A stretch of 64,000 bases of DNA. Source: Bacteroidota bacterium (GTDB lineage Bacteria; Bacteroidota; Bacteroidia; J057; JADKCL01). Positions 18,224-26,881 of the stretch are shown here, piece by piece. The translations under genes and the position numbers were made by a program. The notes under the pieces are model-generated. The model made no database searches, had not been told where the DNA came from, and saw only the letters and a program-made list of their open reading frames with translations. Numbering within the stretch: position 1 is the first letter of the stretch; every line of letters starts with the position of its first letter. The stretch lies in assembly GCA_031415375.1 (NCBI GenBank), contig JANORP010000206.1, positions 8,166-72,165 of the forward strand. The letters are read 5' to 3'.

Positions 18224-20515
18224 TTGAAAGGAATACGCAACATACTTTGCTTGCTTTTGGGTCTAGCCTTGTGGGCACCCAGCATGATGGCCCAAGACGA
18301 AGGACTCGTTGCCCCAGTCTATGGCTGGCATGCCTATACCAGCCACAGGGCCGTCTTTGAGATCGCCATTGCGGGCGACTCGGCCTACGCCATCACTGCT
18401 GGCGGCCTTATCCTACACAACCTCAACACTGGGGTCAACAAAGTTTTCACCACCGTCGAGGGCCTGAGCAGCACCGATCCATCGGCAGTGTACTATGAGC
18501 CAACCTCCAAAAAAGTGTTTGTCGGCTTCAAAGATGGCAGCATCAATTATTTTGACCCTGATGGATTCGTCCATATCATCACCGACATCGAACGCAACGG
18601 ACAATTTACATCCAAGCGGATCAACCATTTTTTCTCGCTCGACGGTTTGCTCTACATCGCGACCGATTTTGGTGTCGTCGTCTATGACATCGACGCCAAG
18701 GAAACAAAATATTCTGTGACCAAGATTGCCGCAAACCCAACTGCGAGCTTCGTAAGTGCAGTCACCGCAACACAAGGTCGCCTATGGATCGCCATGGGCT
18801 CACGCGGTATTTGGTCTGCCGATATGGGCAACGCTAACCTGAGCCAGCCCAGTCTATGGCAACAAGCATCGGGCCTCTCTGGCCTCTCGCTCGGCAACAG
18901 CCTCAATATTTGCAGCAACAAAGGGGTTTTATTTGCCCAGGTGGGTGACACGATCTTTCAAAAGCAGCCCAATCAAAACTGGGCGACCAGCACATTCCCC
19001 ATAGAGAATTGGAACTATTTCAATGCCTCCAACGGCAATGTTTACGGCACCTTCAGGCGCTCTGGATTTGTGATCAGGTATGCCGACGGTAACACGATCG
19101 TGGACTCGACCTACGGCAAAATCAAATGCGTCGCCGTCGCCAAGTATGGAGACGCTGTGATTGGCGACAGCCTCGAAGGCTTGGAAAGAATCCAATTTGG
19201 CGTCGGGTTTTCACGGATCGGCCCTGCCTGCCCACGCAACAACAATGTAGAGGACATCGCCTCTGCAGGCGGCGAACTCTACATCGCCCCCAAAGGGCGC
19301 TCTGGAAGCTCTAGCCGCGCATACGACAAGAGTGGCGTCCCATTCTTTGACCTGCACAAAGACGGCTGGAAAGTGCTTGACTACATCGATGGCCCGCTCA
19401 CCGATGTCTATCAAGACTTCTATTGCCTCACCATCGACTCTGCCACGGGCCGATGCTTTGTGGGTTCTTGGGGAGAAGGCATCATCGAGTTGCTGCATGG
19501 GGAATATGTGCGAAGCTATACTGCAAGCAATTCTGGACTCCATCTCGGCCTCACGGGCCACTTGGTGAGCGGGCTCGAATTTGACGAAGCTGGCAATCTT
19601 TGGATCAGCCAGTTTCTCAACGATTTCCCCCTGCAATGCCTCACCCCCGAAGGCGTATGGCATTCCTTCGCCAGCCCATCGACCCTCAATCCGCTGGGAC
19701 TCACCCTCGACGAACTCGGCAACAAGTGGCTTATCAGTTCAGGTGTTGGCATCGCGGTCTTCAACGACAACTACACGCCCGCAGACCCAAGAGACGATCA
19801 ATGGAAGACACTCAATACCAGCTATGGTCAGGGTTCATTGCCCAACAATACGGTCTATTGCATCGCCCAAGACCATGACTTGCAAATCTGGATTGGCACA
19901 AGTGAAGGCGTCACAATCATGTATGACCCAAGTTTGCTCTTTACCAATGACTTTCAAGATGCAGCCTGCCCCATCATCGAGGGTTATTGCCTCTTTCGCG
20001 ATCAGCAGGTCAATGACATCGCCGTCGATGGTTACAACCGCAAATGGATCGCCACTGAAAACGGGGTCTTTTTGGTCAATCTCGATGGCACATCCTTACT
20101 CAAGCATTTCACTGTCGCCAACTCACCCCTGCTCGACGACGATGTAAAAACCGTCGCTGTCGATCCTAGCACAGGCGAGGTGTTTTTTGGCACCGCCAAA
20201 GGGGTCATCAGCTACATTGGCGACGCCATCGCTGGGCAGTTAGATGCAGAGAACCTCTATGCATATCCCAATCCAGCATTTGTGGATCAAGAAACACCCG
20301 TCATGATCAAGGGCATGCGCAGATATTCCAAAGTCAAAATCGCTACGGCCTCTGGCAGGCTGGTGCGTGAATTGGACTCTCAAGGTGGCGAGGTTCCTTG
20401 GGATCTCAACGACGCATTTGGCAACCGCATCGTGCCAGGCATATATTTGATGATGGTTTCAGACCCCGAAGGGAATGGCGCTGGCATTGCAAAAATCGCG
20501 ATACTTGAAAAATAA
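18224..20515 (+). CDS. porZ: PorZ-like double beta-propeller protein with a T9SS C-terminal sorting domain
   Basis: It has a signal peptide and Reg_prop-type propeller blades (NTVYCIAQDHDLQIWIGTSEGV, VNDIAVDGYNRKWIATENGVFLV). The C-terminal sorting domain is LYAYPNPA...GIYLMMV...AKIAILEK. TTG start. Confidence 0.65.
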   Translation: MKGIRNILCLLLGLALWAPSMMAQDEGLVAPVYGWHAYTSHRAVFEIAIAGDSAYAITAGGLILHNLNTGVNKVFTTVEGLSSTDPSAVYYEPTSKKVFVGFKDGSINYFDPDGFVHIITDIERNGQFTSKRINHFFSLDGLLYIATDFGVVVYDIDAKETKYSVTKIAANPTASFVSAVTATQGRLWIAMGSRGIWSADMGNANLSQPSLWQQASGLSGLSLGNSLNICSNKGVLFAQVGDTIFQKQPNQNWATSTFPIENWNYFNASNGNVYGTFRRSGFVIRYADGNTIVDSTYGKIKCVAVAKYGDAVIGDSLEGLERIQFGVGFSRIGPACPRNNNVEDIASAGGELYIAPKGRSGSSSRAYDKSGVPFFDLHKDGWKVLDYIDGPLTDVYQDFYCLTIDSATGRCFVGSWGEGIIELLHGEYVRSYTASNSGLHLGLTGHLVSGLEFDEAGNLWISQFLNDFPLQCLTPEGVWHSFASPSTLNPLGLTLDELGNKWLISSGVGIAVFNDNYTPADPRDDQWKTLNTSYGQGSLPNNTVYCIAQDHDLQIWIGTSEGVTIMYDPSLLFTNDFQDAACPIIEGYCLFRDQQVNDIAVDGYNRKWIATENGVFLVNLDGTSLLKHFTVANSPLLDDDVKTVAVDPSTGEVFFGTAKGVISYIGDAIAGQLDAENLYAYPNPAFVDQETPVMIKGMRRYSKVKIATASGRLVRELDSQGGEVPWDLNDAFGNRIVPGIYLMMVSDPEGNGAGIAKIAILEK

Positions 20516-20519
20516 GCAC

Positions 20520-22853
20520 ATGAGAATGAAGGACAGCCGTCCATACGCACTTGCAATTGCTCACGTCTGGAGAGAAATGTCCTTGCTGGTGCTCATCGGA
20601 CTCGGGCTAGCGATGCCCGGTTTTGCACAGCGCATCGCTCCCGTGGGGGCGTGGACAGCCTATCCGAGCCACAACAGCCCCAAGCAACTGGCCAAGGTTG
20701 GCGATGTCTTTTTTGCCATTTCCCCCGGCGGCTTGTTTACCTATGACCGCGTCACCAAAAAGACGAAGTCCTACTCCACCGTCGAAGGGATGAGCCAAGT
20801 CGATCCGACGGCGATCTACCACGACGAGCGCTCAGGCAAGACCTTTATTGGCTTCAGCGATGGCATGCTCAATGTCTGCACCAATCCCGACGATGGCTTC
20901 GATTTCATCTCCGACATCCAGCGGTCATTGCTTTTCACAACCAAATCGGTCAACAAGCTGACCTCCTCTGGCAAGTTTCTTTACATTGCCACCGAGTTTG
21001 GTGTGGTCATCTACGACATCGATCAGGACGAAACGCGCTCCACGATCACGAAGATCGGCGACAATCCGTCGGGCGTGGCCGTGCGCGACTTGATCTTGGC
21101 AGGCGACTCCATCTATGCAGCCATGGACAACCATGGAATCTGGCGTGCAGCCATTGCGAGTACCAACCTGACCCTCCCCTCGGCATGGACAGAGGTCACT
21201 GGCCACAATGGCCTCAGCCGTGGCGACTGCCGCCTGCTCGCAAAGACCACTCTCGCCAGTTATGCCCAAATCGGCGACACCATTTTTCAACGCAACGGCG
21301 GTATTGGTCCCTGGACCATGGCCCCCATACCCAATCAGAAATGGTCGGCCATGACAGGCTGGGGCGGCTACCTCGCCCTCATCTACAGCACCGTCCTGCG
21401 CGTGGTCGAACCCAATGGCACTCAATACCTCGCCTTTGTGCGCGGCAAGCTCTCTTCTAGCTACGTCGATTCATCGATGGTCTTGACTGGCGATAGCGTC
21501 AACGGACTCAGCATCTGGCTCGGTGCCACAGACTCCTTTGAAACCGCCTTTCCTGCCGGGCCCTACAACAACAAGGTGACCGCAATGGCGGCTGGAAACC
21601 AAGAATTTTATGTCGCCCCAGAAGGCAAGGCAGGCTCATCGGCTCCCGCAGGCAATGTCGATGGCTTCTGGAACTATCGCCCACAAGAGGGCTGGCACAG
21701 ATTCAACTATGACGATGAACTCTCGCGCGACTCTGTATGGGCCGAGTTTGCACGCTGCACCTACCATGTGAAAGACAGCGTGTGTTACATGGGTAGTTGG
21801 AACCACGGGGTCATTCGCCTCAAGGCGGGCAAGATCACCCACGTCTGGACACCGATGAACTCCAAGCTCAACAATGGGATCGGGAACTCCATCAGAATCA
21901 GTGGACTCACCGTCGATAAAGATGAAAACGTGTGGGCAACAGGTATCGTCGCCGACTATAACCTCAATGTGTTTAGCTCGGCAGATTCCATTTGGCATCC
22001 CTACTCCATCCCCGGCATGTATCCCATCGGCATCGTGATCGACGACTATGGCAATAAGTGGATCAACAATCAAGGCAATGGACTTACCGTGTTCAATGAA
22101 AACGGAACCTTTACCGTCGCCACCGACGACAAGGTCAAGAATCTCACCACCGAGACTGGCCGTGGTGGATTGCCCAACAACACCGTCTATGCCCTCGCAA
22201 AAGACCTCAAGGGCCAGATTTGGGTCGGCACACTTGAAGGGATCGCCGTCTTCGCCAACCCCAGTGCCGTCTTCAACGCCACATTTGCCGATGCAAGCTG
22301 CCCAGTGATCGAAGGCTATTGCCTCTTGCGGGATCAAAAGGTCAATACCATCGCCGTCGATGGCGCCAATCGGAAATGGATCGGCACCAACAACGGCCTT
22401 TTTCTCGTCAATCCGCAAGGAAACAAGCTCTTGCAGCACTTCACCACCGAGAATAGCCCGCTCTTTAGCGACCAGATACAAGAATTGCAGATCGACCAGC
22501 AGACTGGGGAGATCTTTATCGGCACCGCAAGCGGCATCGTGAGCCTCATGGGCGAGGCCATCGGCGGCAAATCCACCAGTGACAGTCTCTACGTCTATCC
22601 CAATCCCGTTCAAGGTGACTACGACGGCTTGATCGCTATCACAGGCTCCTTCAAAGACGTCGAGGTCAAGATCACCACCGTCTCAGGCAGACTCGTGCGC
22701 GCCATCAATGCGCTCGGCGGGCAGGCCATGTGGGATGGCAAAGACACCGATGGCAACCGCGTCACCCCCGGCATCTATCTCGCGATGGTCGCCGACAAAG
22801 AAGGCAAAAATGCAGGCATTGCCAAGTTTGTAATGCTTGAAATCAATCCATGA
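20520..22853 (+). CDS. second PorZ-like double beta-propeller protein with a T9SS C-terminal sorting domain (tandem paralogue)
   Basis: It has the same architecture as the upstream gene, with clearly alignable C-terminal halves (CPVIEGYCLLRDQKVNTIAVDGANRKWIGTNNGLFLVN versus CPIIEGYCLFRDQQVNDIAVDGYNRKWIATENGVFLVN). The sorting domain is LYVYPNPV...GIYLAMV...AKFVMLE. I chose ATG 20520; the ORF is open from 20475. Confidence 0.65.
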   Translation: MRMKDSRPYALAIAHVWREMSLLVLIGLGLAMPGFAQRIAPVGAWTAYPSHNSPKQLAKVGDVFFAISPGGLFTYDRVTKKTKSYSTVEGMSQVDPTAIYHDERSGKTFIGFSDGMLNVCTNPDDGFDFISDIQRSLLFTTKSVNKLTSSGKFLYIATEFGVVIYDIDQDETRSTITKIGDNPSGVAVRDLILAGDSIYAAMDNHGIWRAAIASTNLTLPSAWTEVTGHNGLSRGDCRLLAKTTLASYAQIGDTIFQRNGGIGPWTMAPIPNQKWSAMTGWGGYLALIYSTVLRVVEPNGTQYLAFVRGKLSSSYVDSSMVLTGDSVNGLSIWLGATDSFETAFPAGPYNNKVTAMAAGNQEFYVAPEGKAGSSAPAGNVDGFWNYRPQEGWHRFNYDDELSRDSVWAEFARCTYHVKDSVCYMGSWNHGVIRLKAGKITHVWTPMNSKLNNGIGNSIRISGLTVDKDENVWATGIVADYNLNVFSSADSIWHPYSIPGMYPIGIVIDDYGNKWINNQGNGLTVFNENGTFTVATDDKVKNLTTETGRGGLPNNTVYALAKDLKGQIWVGTLEGIAVFANPSAVFNATFADASCPVIEGYCLLRDQKVNTIAVDGANRKWIGTNNGLFLVNPQGNKLLQHFTTENSPLFSDQIQELQIDQQTGEIFIGTASGIVSLMGEAIGGKSTSDSLYVYPNPVQGDYDGLIAITGSFKDVEVKITTVSGRLVRAINALGGQAMWDGKDTDGNRVTPGIYLAMVADKEGKNAGIAKFVMLEINP

Positions 22854-23431
22854 AACTCTTCTTCCTCAGCGCTGACAACCTCCGCAACGGCCCCCTGATC
22901 AAGGATCTGGTGTACAACTACAAAAAATTGGGCAAGAGCATCATCTTGCACGACCATTTTGGCAGCGTTGCAGACACCCGATTTGTGACCAAGCGCATTT
23001 CTGCCCTCATGAGCGAAGAGATGATTGTGAACAATGCCTTCTCGGGCGACCAGCGAAGCATCTTGTCGCTTGTGGATGGCCATGTCCTGGTCAGAGTAGA
23101 ATTTTTGAAGGAAGCTTTACACAACGTCGATCTCATCATACTCAATCCACTCGGCTTGCAAGGGGACACGATCACGCAATTGGATCCAGCCCAAGTGCTC
23201 GCTCAATTGCGCCGCGACCTTGACATCACAGACATCTACATTTTCCCAAAAAACGTGCGCTCACCCCTCGTTGCACAGCGGCGCTATTTTGCGACAACCC
23301 AAGACATCGCCCCCTTGCGGGATGCCTATGAAGAGGAATCCACAGTGCTGGATTTCGCAGAGAAAATGCTTCCCGTAGTGCTTGCTGCTCCTGGAAATTT
23401 CAAACCGTCTGGCCACCTAGTGGTGCCATGA
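22850..23431 (+). CDS. hypothetical protein, overlapping stop/start codons with both neighbours
   Basis: A 193-aa protein. ATGA overlaps occur at both ends (22850-22853 with the PorZ-like gene, 23428-23431 with recO). No motif was recognised with confidence. Confidence 0.55.
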   Translation: MKLFFLSADNLRNGPLIKDLVYNYKKLGKSIILHDHFGSVADTRFVTKRISALMSEEMIVNNAFSGDQRSILSLVDGHVLVRVEFLKEALHNVDLIILNPLGLQGDTITQLDPAQVLAQLRRDLDITDIYIFPKNVRSPLVAQRRYFATTQDIAPLRDAYEEESTVLDFAEKMLPVVLAAPGNFKPSGHLVVP

Positions 23432-24144
23432 TACGCAAGACCGAGGCCATCGTGCTCAACACACGCAAGTTTGGCGATACCAGCCTGATATGCACCATGT
23501 ACACCCGCAACTACGGTCGCCGCAACTTCCTCATCAAGGGTTACCGCAGCACAAGAGCACGCAAGCGCCACAGCTACTTTCAGCCGATGAGCATTCTCGA
23601 CGTGGTCTATTACCACAAAGACACGCGGGACTTGCAGCTCATCACCGAGACCAGCAACCGCTTTTTTCTCGAAACCTTGCAGACCGACCCCATCAAAATC
23701 ACGCTCGGCATGGTTGTGATCGAGCTGTTTCACCATACCGTACAAGAAGAGGAGCCCAATTTTCCTTTGTTTGAATTTCTGGGCAGGATTTTGGTGGAAT
23801 TGGATCGTCGCGAAGGGCATTTGATCCATATCTTCCTCTATTACCTGGTACAACTGAGCAATTACCTCGGCTTTTTTCCCAGCGACCTCGTCGAAAACCC
23901 TGGTTTACCCATCCACTTCGACGTTCGCAACGGCATTTTGGAGAATGGCCACATCGCCGACGTGGGCGCGAGCCTCGCCCTCGCCTTTGCCCGCACGGAA
24001 ATTGAACATTGCCATGAAATACCAGTGACCCAAGGCGGCAAAAACGAGCTCATCGCCGCGATGATGGAATATTATCAAGTCCATGTCGAGGGCTTCAAAG
24101 TGCCGTCGAGCCTCGCTGTGTTTCAGGAGGTGTTTGGGGGGTAG
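23428..24144 (+). CDS. recO: DNA repair protein RecO
   Basis: The N-terminal OB-fold segment is KTEAIVLNTRKFGDTSLICTMYTRNYGRRNFLIKG. At 238 aa it has the typical RecO length. Confidence 0.85.
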   Translation: MIRKTEAIVLNTRKFGDTSLICTMYTRNYGRRNFLIKGYRSTRARKRHSYFQPMSILDVVYYHKDTRDLQLITETSNRFFLETLQTDPIKITLGMVVIELFHHTVQEEEPNFPLFEFLGRILVELDRREGHLIHIFLYYLVQLSNYLGFFPSDLVENPGLPIHFDVRNGILENGHIADVGASLALAFARTEIEHCHEIPVTQGGKNELIAAMMEYYQVHVEGFKVPSSLAVFQEVFGG

Positions 24145-24206
24145 GGGAAATTTGATATTGGTATCTTCCTCTTCCTGAAGATCCCCTAAGCCTTACAAAG
24201 CCACCC

Positions 24207-26297
24207 TCAATACCCCAACAACCGCCCGATCTCCACGCCCACCTTGTCCGCATTCGGCAACATTAAGCCCTCGAGTGTCGAATTCAAGGGAATGCAAGGC
24301 AAGATCTCGGAACCGATCGCATTTACCGGCGCATCCAAAAATTGGAACAATTCTGCTGAGATGCGGCCGGCGAGGGATTGGGCAAATGAATTCTCGATGA
24401 CTTCCTCAGTGAGCAAAAGGGCCTTGCCGTGGAGCTTAACGCGCTCGCAGACCATTTCCCAATCGTAGGGTTGCAGGCTCCGCAAGTCGAGGACCTCGAC
24501 GCGGCCCGGGAAAGACGCCTTGATGGCATTTTTGGCCCAGTGGACGCCCATGCCGTAGGTGATCACGACACAGCTCTCGCCCTTGTCGATCGCCTCCTCG
24601 GTGGCATGCAGATAGACGCGTGCCTTGCCGATTGGCACGATGTAATCGTCGTCGGGTTCCACGCAGCGGGCGGCATTGGAGCCAGGCACCTTGCCCCAAT
24701 ACAATCCTTTGTGCTCAAAAATGACCACCGGATTGGGGTCGAGGAAAGCCGCTTTGAAGAGGCCCTTCATGTCGGCAGCATTGGATGGATAGACGACTTT
24801 GATGCCCTTGATCGTGACGATGGCCGACTCGACACTGGAGCTGTGAAACGGTCCGCCGCTGCCGTATGCACCGATCGGCACCCGCAGCAGCATCTGGACA
24901 GGCCATTTGCCATTGCTCAGGTAGCAGGAACGGCTCACCTCGGCATATAATTGGTTCACGCCAGGCCAGATGTAATCGGCAAATTGCACCTCAACCACAG
25001 GCTTGAGGCCCACGGCGCTCATGCCCACCGTCGAACCGACGATGTAAGCCTCTTGGATCGGCGTGTTGAAGACGCGTGCATCGCCATATTTTTTGGCCAG
25101 GGTAGCTGCCTCACGGAATACACCGCCGAGTTCACCGCCCACGTCTTGGCCATAGAGCAAGGCCTCTGGGTATTGGGCGAGCATTTGGTCCATGGCATGC
25201 AGCGCAGCATCGACCATCGGGATTTCCAGGCCACCGATCGGTTCGCGCACGCCGACCTCTTCCGTGATCGGCGTCGGGGCAAAGATATGGGTATGCAGAT
25301 CTGCAAGGCTAGGCTCGGGCTCGAGCAAGGCGCGCTGATAGTCGGCGGCGACTTGGGCGCGGGCATCGGCCTCGATCTCCAGCAAATTTTCTTCTGAAAT
25401 CCCGATTTTGAGCAGCTCGTTGCGCAGTTTGGGCCAAGGATCGTTTTTGGCAGCGGCTTCCAAGTCTTCCTTGGGGCGATACCACTCCTTGCGCACGCCT
25501 GAGGTGTGGTGATTGAGCAATGGCACCTCGGCATGGATCAAAAACGGCCGTCTTTCGCGGCGAATCGTGTCCAGTACCCTTTGGATCGTGTCGTAGCTCT
25601 CGATAAAATCACTGCCATCGATGCTGATTGCCTCCAGACCTTTGAAGCCTTGGGCGAATTCGAAGGCATTTTGGGCCCTTGTCTCGCTGGAATGGGCCGA
25701 GATGTCCCATTCATTGTCCTGGATCAGGTAGAGGATCGGCAATTGGTTCAAGACGGCCTCTTGAAATGCCTCTGAGACCTCACCCTCTGTCACGGCAGCA
25801 TCGCCCAATGAGCACACAGCCACCGGCGGTAGGTTGTTGGGATCGTTGATGTCCCAATCGGCGAGGCCCGTATCCTCCATGTATTTAAAGCCATGGGCCA
25901 CGCCGGTCATCGGGATGGCTTGCATCCCTGTCGCCGAGGACTGATGCGGGATCTTGGGCTTGTCGGCATCGCGCAGGCTCGGGTGCCCATAGTAGGTGCG
26001 CCCACCCGAAAACGGGTCGCTCTTGCGGGCCAGCAATTGCAGCATCAATTGATAAGGCGTCATGCCGATGCCCAGCAAGATCGAGTCGTCGCGGTAATAG
26101 GGCGCGACAAAGTCCTGCGGCAGCAATTGCAGGCCCAAGGCAAGCTGTATGGCCTCGTGACCGCGGGAGGTCGCATGGACATACTTGGCGGCGACGTCTT
26201 TGTGGGCCTCATACAGCAAGGTCAATTCCTTGGCCGTACACATGAGGCGATAGGCGTCGATCAATACATCCAGCGAGATTCTGACTTTTGTGAGCAT
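24207..26297 (-). CDS. 2-oxoacid dehydrogenase E1 component, fused alpha/beta subunits (TPP-dependent)
   Basis: The alpha part has a TPP-binding motif (GDAAVTEGEVSEAFQEA..LYLIQDNEWDIS). The beta, transketolase-like part has LLYGQDVGGELGGVFREA and FNTPIQEAYIVG. I chose the start at MLTKVRIS (26297); the ORF is open to 26393. Confidence 0.85.
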   Translation of the reverse strand: MLTKVRISLDVLIDAYRLMCTAKELTLLYEAHKDVAAKYVHATSRGHEAIQLALGLQLLPQDFVAPYYRDDSILLGIGMTPYQLMLQLLARKSDPFSGGRTYYGHPSLRDADKPKIPHQSSATGMQAIPMTGVAHGFKYMEDTGLADWDINDPNNLPPVAVCSLGDAAVTEGEVSEAFQEAVLNQLPILYLIQDNEWDISAHSSETRAQNAFEFAQGFKGLEAISIDGSDFIESYDTIQRVLDTIRRERRPFLIHAEVPLLNHHTSGVRKEWYRPKEDLEAAAKNDPWPKLRNELLKIGISEENLLEIEADARAQVAADYQRALLEPEPSLADLHTHIFAPTPITEEVGVREPIGGLEIPMVDAALHAMDQMLAQYPEALLYGQDVGGELGGVFREAATLAKKYGDARVFNTPIQEAYIVGSTVGMSAVGLKPVVEVQFADYIWPGVNQLYAEVSRSCYLSNGKWPVQMLLRVPIGAYGSGGPFHSSSVESAIVTIKGIKVVYPSNAADMKGLFKAAFLDPNPVVIFEHKGLYWGKVPGSNAARCVEPDDDYIVPIGKARVYLHATEEAIDKGESCVVITYGMGVHWAKNAIKASFPGRVEVLDLRSLQPYDWEMVCERVKLHGKALLLTEEVIENSFAQSLAGRISAELFQFLDAPVNAIGSEILPCIPLNSTLEGLMLPNADKVGVEIGRLLGY

Positions 26298-26453
26298 AAA
26301 GATCCTTCTAGGGCTGTAAAAATAGCACCCGAAGTGGGATTTGGCAATTGAAATACCCCATTTGACGACGCCTATCAATAATTCCCATGACAAATCTCAA
26401 CTTTTGGCGGGCCGCCCTTGCCGACATTTGCCTAGACCCCCAAAAATAAGTGT

Positions 26454-26822
26454 ATGCCCAATCTCAATCAGTTGCATCAAGAACATACTACTTGGATCGG
26501 CCAATTGGATTTTTTCCAGGATGAGATCAAGTTTTTTCAAAACAAGCTGTTCACAATGATCTTGGAAAATGACCACTCCCTGATCACAGAGGAGCATGTC
26601 GAGGAATACCGCGAATTATTTTTCCTGAATCTCAAGCGCATCGACGACTTGCGCCATCTCATCTTGCGCCACGAGATGATGATCAAACGCGAGGGTCGCG
26701 AGAGTTTTGACAAGAACCATGACCACGACCATGTCGCCGTGAGCATGGCCCATGTCGAGACGTCCCTCATGGACTTGCGCAAGCGCTTCAAGGCATTTGC
26801 GGCACACCATGTCGGCGAATGA
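26454..26822 (+). CDS. hypothetical protein
   Basis: A 122-aa helical-looking ORF with a His-rich patch (DKNHDHDHVAVSMAH). No family was recognised. Confidence 0.45.
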   Translation: MPNLNQLHQEHTTWIGQLDFFQDEIKFFQNKLFTMILENDHSLITEEHVEEYRELFFLNLKRIDDLRHLILRHEMMIKREGRESFDKNHDHDHVAVSMAHVETSLMDLRKRFKAFAAHHVGE

Positions 26823-26881
26823 TCGCCTGATCACATTGGGCGATCTCGTTGCGCATGCCTGATTTTCCGTAACTTCATGGC

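Noticed and set aside
21636-22613. A 325-aa minus-strand ORF
   Set aside because: It is antisense to the second PorZ-like gene. It has low-complexity Gly/Asp/Val composition and no independent support.
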